A stretch of 62,987 nt of DNA, counting the filler, from Dimargaris cristalligena (lineage: Eukaryota), in assembly GCA_003614675.1 (NCBI GenBank). It is 2 parts of 2 records of this genome, joined end to end, with 100 filler letters (N's around TTAATTAATTAA, not from the genome) between each part and the next. Parts side by side here need not be neighbours in the genome. Positions count along the whole stretch, not along the records: positions 1 to 31,459 come from ML002438.1; positions 31,560 to 62,987 come from ML002439.1. The stretch is one strand, 5' to 3'. The notes beneath the pieces are model-generated. The model made no database searches and was not told the DNA's origin. It was given only the letters and a program-made list of their open reading frames with translations. Below are positions 23,179 through 32,722 of the stretch, in pieces. How positions within the stretch are numbered: position 1 is the first letter of the stretch; the number at the start of each line of letters is the position of its first letter. Both the position numbers and the translations under genes were made by a program.

Positions 23179-24682
23179 GTTGGAAAGTAAGAAGTAAGAA
23201 AGGTGCAGGAATAGTCCGGAGAGATAAAGGTAAGAGGGCAATGGCAACGGTCAAGGTAAAGGTAAAGGGTGGTCGGGCGCTGTAGGTAAGGGTATAGAGA
23301 GAGACGGGTGTAGAATGAAGGGGCTTTAGTATACCAAGCGGGTAAGGCTAATTAGCGACAGTGATAAGGTAGAACGAGTCAAGCAAAAGCAGGCGTTGAA
23401 ATCATCCCAGGTAGTGCAGGGGGACATATACTTGGCGCTGAGGCATATACGGACCGCGAAAACCAGGCTAACGTCATAGTCAGATGATTGTACAAATGTA
23501 GTAGGCACAGCACTGCCATGCCAATTCCTGCTATCATTAAAAATCCTTATACTCTGGGTATTTTTATCGAGGAAGGGGCCACAGGGTCTTTATTCGGTCG
23601 TTACAGCAGAATAGTGAACCCTGCTTCTGCCACAGTCGCGTCACCATCCTCCCAAGGCAAATGGGAGAAATGGTTGTACTAACACTGTTATTTTCCAAAA
23701 CATTGGGCCCTTTTCAAGTAAAGATAGTCGGGTATTTTAGCGGATGGCGTATGTTTGAGATTAAGGTAGATGGCCGAGCTGCTGCAGTGCTGGCCAATGG
23801 GTTAGGTGACAACCCTTTCTAGACGAGCCCGTGGGGGACAGTCCGCCTTGTTCGAGTTTAGCGACTTGCAATTGCCATTGTTGAGGTCCAAATATTGATA
23901 TGACACCTACGCCTAATTTCCCAGGCCAAATCATTTCCAACCCCAACCCAAATCCCCATCAGGACTGCCCCCCCTGTTACAATTAACTGGCCTAATCTAG
24001 GCTTATTTCCTCACCTTGATAGCCACTGCGGAATACTATTCAAAAACCCAAGCCATCCGGGGCTCGACGCACCTCTTAAGATGAACCCAAGCCTTCACCC
24101 ATATAGTCGTATTTCCAACCCTCCAACCCATAAGTGTTCTTTAGTAAGGGATGAAGGGAGGGGGGGCAGTAGTAACCTCAGAGTAGTCTAATGGGCAGTA
24201 TTACAATTTTAGGGGTAATGGAGGCGGGCATATGCAAGTGCAGTTTATGTCAAAAATCAACCGGCCCGGAAATCACCCGGGCCCGATAACATCACTGCGA
24301 TCGATCAAACTAGGGACTATCAGTCCTATATGATAGTCGGAAATACAGTTGTATTATTGAAGGCAAACGCCCACAGCTGGGGGTCACTCACAGTATGGGC
24401 TATAGATGTAAATAGGGAGGTGGGAGTATATATCAAAAGTAATTTACGAAAAGTTGGTGGACTGAGCCCGGGGCAGTTGGCCCATTCACTGCCAGTAAGG
24501 GGTATTAATGGCCAAGAGGCAAACCATGCTGAATGGGCGATACACAGTGAACCAGTGCAACCTGAATCCATGAACCCATGTTTTAAAAAATATTGGAGAA
24601 TTATCGCATAATCCCTAGATTAAATATCGACCCAACGATGTTGAGTGGAGTTAAGTGGTCCTTAAAAGATATATTTGGACTT

Positions 24683-27600
24683 CTAGTCTTCCGGGGCCGG
24701 AACCATCGGGTTTGCTAATACTGCCGACATGAGCAGGGCAGCATTAACTGGTCCAGTCTCCTGGACCATGCTGTAAAACTGACTAGACGAATCGGAAAGT
24801 AGGTTCCGAGGCGTGTCGAACTCTTTGACCATACCGGCGTCGATAACCAGAATCCGGTCGTAGTCAATCACCGTGTTGAGTCGGTGGGCAATGGTCAGAA
24901 CCGTACACTCCCGGAAGTCGTCCCGGATCACCCGCTGTAGAATGTTATCGGTGAGCAAATCTACTGATGCCGTGGCCTCGTCCAGAATGACCACCCGCGC
25001 CCGTTTCAAAAGGGCCCGGGCTAAGCACATGAGCTGCTTTTGGCCGGCCGAGAGGGACTCGCCGTCGCTATCCAGGGGGGTATCCAATTGCTGGGGCTGC
25101 AGCGACGTCCAAGGCTTCAACTCCGCGCGTTCCAGCGCCGCCCAGATATCGGCATCGCTATGGCTGCCGTCAGGATCCAAATTGGACCGAATGGTACCTT
25201 CAAATAATACGGGGTCCTGGGGGATAATGGCGAGGCGACTCCGGAGATCGCGTAGTCCCAATTCACGGATGGATATCCCGTCAATGGTGATGGAGCCACT
25301 AGTCGGCTCCACCAGTCGGAATAGGGCCAGCATGATGGATGACTTACCGGCCCCCGTTCGGCCTACTATCCCGATTTTTTCCTGAACGTTGGTGCCAAAG
25401 GTCACGTTGCGCAGAACGGGAGGGAGTTCCGGTCGGTAGCGGAGTACCAAGTACTTCATCTCAATAACACCCTTCATGGGCCACTCGGGCGGCGGGGTGT
25501 GGTCAGCCACTACGGCTGGGGCCTCCTGGTCGAGATTCTCAATGTAGTGCTCCAGGCGCTCGACGGCATTCATGTTGTTTTCCACTTCGGCGGCCTGGCG
25601 CACACAGACGCTTAATAGACCCGAGGTTTGCAAGGAATAGGTTAAAACCAAACCCACAATGGACGGGTTTATGGAGCGGCGGGCCAGAATGGCAAACAAG
25701 GCGGCGAACAGGACCAGGATATTGGAAATAGTTTCCAGCCGAACAGCCAACCAGCGTTGAATCACAATGGTGAGGTAGTAGGCCCGATTGTTGGCTTCGA
25801 GGAGATCCTTATTGGCCTGGATAAACCGGTCCTGCTCTCCGTAGGCCCGGACGGTGGCGAGTCCGCTTAGGGTCTCCTGGAAATGGGCATAGAGGGGGGA
25901 TCGGGAAATGGAGTCGAGCCGCTTCAACTCACGGGACGTGCTCCGGTAGTAAGCCGCGAACCACACGTAGAAGGCCATCATCGGAGCCAGAGGCGCCAAG
26001 AATAGCGGGAAACTCACAATGATCAGGATAAAGCAGGCCAAGAGCCCGAAGAACTGGTTGAAGAAGCTGCGCCACGCGTCCAGCAGGAGATTGTCCACGC
26101 CATCCACGTCCTTGCTAAAGCGATTGATGATGCGCCCCAGGGGCGTGGTGTCAAAGAAGGACATGGGTGAGTAGGCCACTTTTTGCAGCGCCTGGTCGTG
26201 GAGCGCCAACGAACCCTTCATAATAAAGTGGGCCGAGGTGGCTGCCAAGCCCAGTCCAAAGATGGTCTGTACCACCCCCCACATGAAATAGATCCCGCCG
26301 TAGAAATAGTGGTCCCGGCCGTACGGATTGGCAATCCAAATAGTGAGCCAGGAGTCGGTGACCACCTTGAAGGCCTGTCCACCAACGACGAAGAAGAGGA
26401 CGGATATGATGGCAAGCCAACCGCCGCAAGCAAAGAAGTAGGCCTTGTACATGGGCCACGATACCGCCCCCGTGGAGCGCTCCTCGGCCTTCATAAGGGG
26501 GGCCGTGGGCGATTGAGTTTCAGCCAGCCGGACCTTGGACCGCTTAAGCTTTTGGGAGGGGGTTCGGCGACTGCGGGAGGAATTGCGACTGAGTTTGCTT
26601 AGGGCAGACAGCTGGGTCTGGCTGCGACTCAGGGCATGTTCGTGGGCATCCGCCAAGTCGACTACGGATGCCTCGTGGTGGCTAAACATTTCCGACCCGT
26701 GGGCGGACCCAACGATGGAATGCCGGCTTCGGTTGAGATCACCGTCGTCGTCACCGTCATCCAGAACATCCTCCAGGTCCTCTAGAACCTCGGCATGGGT
26801 ATTCTCGGCCGAGTCGAACCCGTCAAAATTATCGACTTGCAACTTCGGGGGCGCTTCGAGGTCAGCCTGGGTATCGGCCTGGTTGGCACCCCCGTATTCG
26901 GCCATGAGCTGGGCAAATTCGGACCCTGATTCCATCAGTGCTTCGTAGGTCCCCTGCTCTACAATCCGGCCCTCGTCGAGATAAATAACGTAGTCCACCT
27001 GGGGAATAAAGTGGAGCTGGTGGGTCACCAGAACGCGGGTTTTACCGGCCAGCTCCTCCAATATGCAGCGCTCGAACAGGAATTTGCCCACGTGTGAGTC
27101 GACGGCGCTGAGGGGGTCGTCCATCAGAATGATGCTGGCATCAAAGTACACCGCCCGGGCAATGTTCAATCGCTGTTTTTGCCCTCCGGAGAGACTGATG
27201 CCGCGCTCCCCAATTTCCGTTTGGTCGCCCTGGGGCAACATCATTAGATCCTTCTCGAGGGCGCAGACTTTTAAAACTCGTTCGTAGCGCTCTTCATTGT
27301 AAGGCTGGCCGAATAAGATATTGTCCCGCACGGTGGCGTTTTGAATCCACGCCGTCTGGGCGCAGTAACTGATGGAACCGCCGAAAGCTACGGTACCCGA
27401 CACGCAGCGCATTTCACCGACGAGGGTGTTGAGCAGGGAGGACTTGCCACTACCCACGGCCCCAACGACGCCCACCAGACAGCCCCGGGGAATGCTCAAG
27501 CTAATATTCATCAGCTGCAAAGTGGGGGGTGGTCTAACCGTGGTTTGGGTGGATTGGCCATCCACCTGGCTGGAAATTTCCACGTCAGGGGGTGGTGGGA

Positions 27601-29044
27601 CCATGGACGGGAGTTTCTTGCCCCGGCGGGGCTTACGCAAGCGGCGGATCTTGGCGAATACGGCACGGGACTTGCGGCGGGCCAGAAGGTTGGGGCGGGG
27701 TGGCTCCGGCCCGTCCCACACAAAACAGCCTCCGTTAATGACAATGGCGGTGTCGGCGGCTTGGTCAACCATGAATTCTTCGGATAGCTCGTCTGCCTGA
27801 AGATAGTCTCCCACGCGGGTCAGGGAAACCCGGGCATCGACGTAAAAGGCGATTAATTGGGGAAGCAGCATCAGCGGGGTTCGGAGTACGTTGAATAGGG
27901 CCAACGACGCGAAGATGGTACCCGGGTCCAGGCTAGAGCCCATGGCAACGTAGACAATGAACGAGATGATGGTGGCAAATGACGGCAGCACCATACCGCA
28001 GGTAAAGAGGGCCCCCCGAATCAGCATGAGCTTTCGAATGAAACGGCACTCCAGACGGCGAACGGCATAAATGGCCTTGGTAAGGCTCTCTTCCCAAGCG
28101 TACAATTTCACCACCTTGATCCCCTGTAAGAACTGCTGGGTCATTTTAATTCGCTGGTCAGTGAGTAGGACAGCCTGACGCCGCGCGTTGCCGAGGGATT
28201 TGGCAAAGTAATGCTGTAAAGGTAGATAGAGAGCCATAAACGCAAACCCAACCAGGGCCGCCAGACCTAGTTTCCAGAGTAGAAGCCCCAGGGCGACTAG
28301 AATGATGATGGGGGTCACCCAAATGAGGTTTAGGAAGCCGGCCACGATATCGAGGCGACTGCAGTCGGTGGACATGAGGTTGACAATTGCACCCTGGGTG
28401 TACTTTTGGCGGGCTTTTCCGGACAGTCGAAGGGCTTTGCGGTAAATGGCCATGACCAGGGCTGCCCGCGTGCCGTACCCCGCCGTCATGCATAAATGGA
28501 AGTGGGCCTGGTAGATGATGGTGGACAGCTGCTGGACGCAAAAGAGAGTGGCCATCATCACGTAACCGTACCACTCACGTTGGTCGCGTTCGGCCAGCCC
28601 CGTGAGGTGCGAGAAGTAGCTGAGGCTCACATAATTGATAATCTCTTGGACGAGAAGGGGCGAGCCAATTTGGCAGCCGAAGTACAGGAGCAGGAGTCCA
28701 CCGGCCGACCAGAATTGCCGGCCAAAGACCCGGTTCAGGGCTCGCCATAAGGCAGGGGTGGGGTGTGCTAACTCCTTCGCCCAGGAGGCATTGAACTTCT
28801 CGGAAATGTAGGGTGCGGACTGTTTGCGGTCAAGGTCGTAGAGGTCGTAGCTCTCCAGGGGCATACGGTAGCCCAGGGCCATGAGCGGGTTGAGCCACCA
28901 GTAGACAAGTTTGGATAGAATATTGGCATTGGTCTCGGGAAAGGGGCGCCGGCGTGGTATGGGCTGGGGTGGGAAACCCGGGTCTTCGGGTCCCTTTTCA
29001 TTATCCGGGGTGGATTTACGGCGAAGGAACGAGGGAAGGCGCAT
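24683..29044 (-). CDS. ABCC/MRP-family full ABC transporter without TMD0, YOR1-like (1453 aa, intronless)
   Basis: TMD1-NBD1-TMD2-NBD2. Walker A GAVGSGKSS and GRTGAGKSS, signatures LSGGQ and LSAGQ, degenerate NBD1 Walker B (MDDPLSAVD), and FFDTTPLGRIINRFSKD; ATG at 29044. Confidence 0.93.
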   Translation of the reverse strand: MRLPSFLRRKSTPDNEKGPEDPGFPPQPIPRRRPFPETNANILSKLVYWWLNPLMALGYRMPLESYDLYDLDRKQSAPYISEKFNASWAKELAHPTPALWRALNRVFGRQFWSAGGLLLLYFGCQIGSPLLVQEIINYVSLSYFSHLTGLAERDQREWYGYVMMATLFCVQQLSTIIYQAHFHLCMTAGYGTRAALVMAIYRKALRLSGKARQKYTQGAIVNLMSTDCSRLDIVAGFLNLIWVTPIIILVALGLLLWKLGLAALVGFAFMALYLPLQHYFAKSLGNARRQAVLLTDQRIKMTQQFLQGIKVVKLYAWEESLTKAIYAVRRLECRFIRKLMLIRGALFTCGMVLPSFATIISFIVYVAMGSSLDPGTIFASLALFNVLRTPLMLLPQLIAFYVDARVSLTRVGDYLQADELSEEFMVDQAADTAIVINGGCFVWDGPEPPRPNLLARRKSRAVFAKIRRLRKPRRGKKLPSMVPPPPDVEISSQVDGQSTQTTVRPPPTLQLMNISLSIPRGCLVGVVGAVGSGKSSLLNTLVGEMRCVSGTVAFGGSISYCAQTAWIQNATVRDNILFGQPYNEERYERVLKVCALEKDLMMLPQGDQTEIGERGISLSGGQKQRLNIARAVYFDASIILMDDPLSAVDSHVGKFLFERCILEELAGKTRVLVTHQLHFIPQVDYVIYLDEGRIVEQGTYEALMESGSEFAQLMAEYGGANQADTQADLEAPPKLQVDNFDGFDSAENTHAEVLEDLEDVLDDGDDDGDLNRSRHSIVGSAHGSEMFSHHEASVVDLADAHEHALSRSQTQLSALSKLSRNSSRSRRTPSQKLKRSKVRLAETQSPTAPLMKAEERSTGAVSWPMYKAYFFACGGWLAIISVLFFVVGGQAFKVVTDSWLTIWIANPYGRDHYFYGGIYFMWGVVQTIFGLGLAATSAHFIMKGSLALHDQALQKVAYSPMSFFDTTPLGRIINRFSKDVDGVDNLLLDAWRSFFNQFFGLLACFILIIVSFPLFLAPLAPMMAFYVWFAAYYRSTSRELKRLDSISRSPLYAHFQETLSGLATVRAYGEQDRFIQANKDLLEANNRAYYLTIVIQRWLAVRLETISNILVLFAALFAILARRSINPSIVGLVLTYSLQTSGLLSVCVRQAAEVENNMNAVERLEHYIENLDQEAPAVVADHTPPPEWPMKGVIEMKYLVLRYRPELPPVLRNVTFGTNVQEKIGIVGRTGAGKSSIMLALFRLVEPTSGSITIDGISIRELGLRDLRSRLAIIPQDPVLFEGTIRSNLDPDGSHSDADIWAALERAELKPWTSLQPQQLDTPLDSDGESLSAGQKQLMCLARALLKRARVVILDEATASVDLLTDNILQRVIRDDFRECTVLTIAHRLNTVIDYDRILVIDAGMVKEFDTPRNLLSDSSSQFYSMVQETGPVNAALLMSAVLANPMVPAPED

Positions 29045-31459
29045 GGTTACCAAAAACAATAAATAGGAAAGCGGTTATGGGTACTTAAGGGCAGACGGAA
29101 CAAACGTCGATGGTGCAAAAAAAACAAAATCAAAAACAAGCGAAATACAGGCAACCTCGAAGAGTGAGTAAAAGTGCGAAATGAACCCAGTAGATGACGA
29201 TATGTTTGGACAGTGCGAGTGTGGTGGATAAAATATTTGATCAAAGTAGGTATGATTTCACAGACACCAAACTGAAATGCATTAATTGTAATCAAGTCAC
29301 GTCTGGTTTGGCTATCGCTGGTGGACGGTGCAATTGTCGGACATCTCCGGTACAGTTATTCAATCTAGACGAATAAGGAAGGGGTCATAGAAACTAGGGG
29401 GTCAATTATGTCGACCAAAGCAACTGTATTAATCCGCTAATGAACACCTGGATTTGGCGGATTCATGAACCAGCGGAGCGTAGAGGCGGATTTACAAACA
29501 GAATATAAATTGAATGAGTAAGAATTGGACTCTAGTGAACCTAAAGGGGCACACACACACTCGTAAACCAAAGAGACGAGAATAGCAGGGCGAAAGGGTT
29601 CGGAAGAAACAAGTCACAAACGAACAACCGAGGGGGCTATCGAGATATAGACACGAGTGGACTTAATTCGCTTACCCAAAAAAATAATTCGGTTTAACCG
29701 AACAAGGGTAATGGCAGATACGACTATGAGATGTATAATACGGGCTTCCCCAAGATTTAAGATAGGAAGATAATCGGCGGAGAGGTGTGGACCAACTACT
29801 AAAGGGGGTTTGGGATGACTGGGGGATATGTTTAGCCAGATGGGTGAGAAGAGTTGGTTGAGCGGAGTGTGGGAGGGGGTGTCTCGAATAATGACGGGTC
29901 GAAATGACGGCCAACGAGGCACTGAATAAATCAAAGTAAAATCAATCGAAACGAGGGAAGAAATGCTGAATGCAGCGTTTCAGGACGAACCAGGTACAGC
30001 GAAGCATTGGGGTAAAAGGAGGTGGAGGGGGGCATTCAGTGTTATTTATATCTCATAGGCTGCTTAAACCGGAGTGTATGGGTCTAGTAGATACGGCTGC
30101 AGCCGGCTGGCATGGCACGGCTATGCATTGCCTTTGTCCCCCTTGCGCACAACTCCACCCCTTATCCCCTGTACTCGGCCTCCCGCCTTAATTTAATAAT
30201 ACTTTATTGTCCCTGGTTCCTCCTATTTCCCCGGACATAATGGTGGGGCCTCCTGGGTAGCAGCGCTATACCCTCCTCCTGTACATCGTCATTCCACCCT
30301 CTTGTCCAGTATTCCCCAGAGCGTGTAGTTTCCCTCCCCAGGCGCATGCACCACGAAGCGAGGAAACTCCGCCCTTCACCATTCGTTTGGGCGAACTGGC
30401 GGTGGCATCCCAAGGGCTGGCTACAGGTTGCCACGGCCATCTCTAACACAATGCCAAAATGAAAAGGTCCGGGGTATTAATATGTTTGGTATAGCCGACC
30501 TACAGGGGAACTTCCCTGGCATAGGCCAATACTATTCCACCCCGGTCTGTTATCCAAAATTAATCAACGCAGCTGCCACCCACCTTGACACAGCATGTCA
30601 ATTGATAATGGGCGCACAAAGGGGGTCCCTGTGGACGTCCCAATGGCCCACTTTGCGGGGATTGTGCTATTGTAGAAGAGAAGTAATCTGAACCTTCAGT
30701 AACCAGCTCTAATAACCTGGGAAGATCTCAATGAGCCGTTTCCCCCCGATTCCTTAGTCACCCAGCGGTAGGAGCCTTCGAACTAGTGAATAATGGCCAC
30801 AATACCCGGGGAATTCGGGGGCCCTGTGGCCAGCAAGTACCTCTAGTACTAGGCCAGCTATCAGAACGCGACACAATCGCAGAAAATACGTCGGGAACCC
30901 GCCGTTGTACGGATTAGGGGGAGGGGCTTATAGGCGGCTGCATTTTGAGTTCTACCTGAGTGTGGGGCCTTCCCCCCCCCTAATCTAGACGAACTCCCCT
31001 ACCCCACCACAAAGGCACTACTACGCGAAGACTGAGTCACCTGCAGGCTTAGTCAGAAGAGGACCCCTCAGTCTAGAATAATTCAATGGGCGTTCTTGGC
31101 TTGCTAGAGGATTATTCTTACGATTCCGCTAGCTAAGGTCAACAATGGGCGCCAGCTGGGATTCCATTGGCGGCTGCCGCGTCACTTCGCATTGGATTTT
31201 GGCAAACATGACTACACTTAAGTAGCGAGTGTGCTGGGAGACTGGACTGCTATCATTAGCGGTAATCAGACTAGCTCCTCGTATACTTCACCACACCTCC
31301 CCCTCCATCCACTATATGGCTGCCTTGGTATATGTTACCCATTGGATAAATACTGGCGTACCACCCCGATGCCAGTTGTATGGGTATTAGCAAGCCACAC
31401 CTCCATATAGTCACCCCGGATCACTGAAAATCCCGCAACCTGCCCTGGCACTTCAAACC

Positions 31460-31559
31460 NNNNNNNNNNNNNNNNNNNNNNNNNNNNNNNNNNNNNNNNN
31501 NNNTTAATTAATTAANNNNNNNNNNNNNNNNNNNNNNNNNNNNNNNNNNNNNNNNNNNN
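31460..31559. other. Assembly gap/artificial contig linker
   Basis: 44 N + TTAATTAATTAA (stops in all six frames) + 44 N = exactly 100 nt. Confidence 0.97.
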
Positions 31560-31795
31560 GAGTTTAGTTCTTTAGTCTTTTAAACATCTGCCAATTTATA
31601 ATCCCCGAGTTTTAGTATAAATACTCGGTGGAATATCTTATCAATAAACACAACTTTTTAGTCGAGGCTGAAGAATTCACCAGATAGCACTTCTGCGGAA
31701 ATTTGATTTTGTTTTAGTTATTTTCGAGTACCCGAGGGTATTATTTCTATTATATTTATATTTTATTACTATTTATATTGCCCAACATCGTAACA
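31560..31795 (+). mobile_element. Putative 3' portion of an LTR, truncated by the gap
   Basis: TATAAATA (31616-31623), then AATAAA (31643-31648), a T-rich U5-like tail, and a ...CGTAACA end. It sits at a contig end, as repeats often do. Confidence 0.4.
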
Positions 31796-31803
31796 ATCAC
31801 CAA

Positions 31804-31876
31804 GGAGCGTTGGCCTAATGGATAAGGCATCAGACTTCGGATCTGGGGATTGTGGGTTCGAGTCCCATGCGCTTCA
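31804..31876 (+). tRNA. tRNA-Arg (anticodon TCG), intronless
   Basis: Acceptor GGAGCGT/GCGCTTC, D arm TGGCCTAATGGATAAGGC, anticodon arm TCAGA-ctTCGga-TCTGG, T arm GTGGG-TTCGAGT-CCCAT; T4 at 31881-31884. Confidence 0.94.
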
Positions 31877-31962
31877 TATATTTTATGTCCCCTAGTTTAG
31901 TGGATTGAAAATCGAATATTTTATTTTCGTAGTTGTTATTGTATAAAGTTGGGTCGTCATAG

Positions 31963-32096
31963 ATATAGGAGTAGTTCATCCAGGTTGTATAACGAAAAAT
32001 CCATTAGATGGGGCTAACATTACTGGTTAAAATGGTTACTCCCACATACACTAATCATGTAAAACTTTATACAGCTGGCTTGAATTTCACCCATAT
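31963..32096 (-). mobile_element. MITE-like dispersed repeat, copy 4 (reverse orientation)
   Basis: Reverse complement reads atatgggtgaaattcaagccagctgtataa...ttttaaccagtaatgttagccccatctaatggatttttcgttatacaacctggatgaactactcctatat, aligning with copies 1-3. Confidence 0.75.
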
Positions 32097-32722
32097 TAAA
32101 TACTATCCCTTTATTTTTCTTACGATGCTATGCTGAATGTAATAATTATATATTACTAGAATAACACCACTCAACCTATATTGGTTTAACATAGTTAGGC
32201 TCAACTTATATTTCCACTGAAATGCTTCCTGTTTTTGGATTGAATTTACAGTTACAGGGGTAACGGTGGTTACTTTCTTGTGAAAATTTGTTTAATATAC
32301 TAGCTATGTATGTTTTGTCATTTGCGAATTCCAGTGCGAGGAATATATATACATGACCAAATCCTCTCGCAAACACCTTTCCCCATCTACTTTATGCTTA
32401 GGAGAAAAAGTATGATAGATGCGAACTGGCTGAATATAATTATCCAATTGCATTGTTGATCAGTATTCTTACTCTACACTGTAATTACGCAGCACAGGCC
32501 TGTAATTTTTGTTTTTTTTTCTTTACCGTATTTCGCCCTCTCCACCCAATTGCCCCATTACACTGGATTTGCATGACAGTAGAAGTAGACCGAATCTAAT
32601 ATTCTCGGTTTCTCTCTGGAGCGTTCTGTTTCTTTTTTATATATATTTTCTTTCCCAACCCTATTTCCCGACCCGCTCTCCAACGATTCACATAGATCCC
32701 CCCTTACAACTAGTTCCACCCC

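Noticed and set aside
31504-31515. TTAATTAATTAA palindrome inside the N run
   Set aside because: Symmetric six-frame-stop linker in a 100-nt spacer, so an assembly artefact. It also means adjacency of the two halves is unverified.
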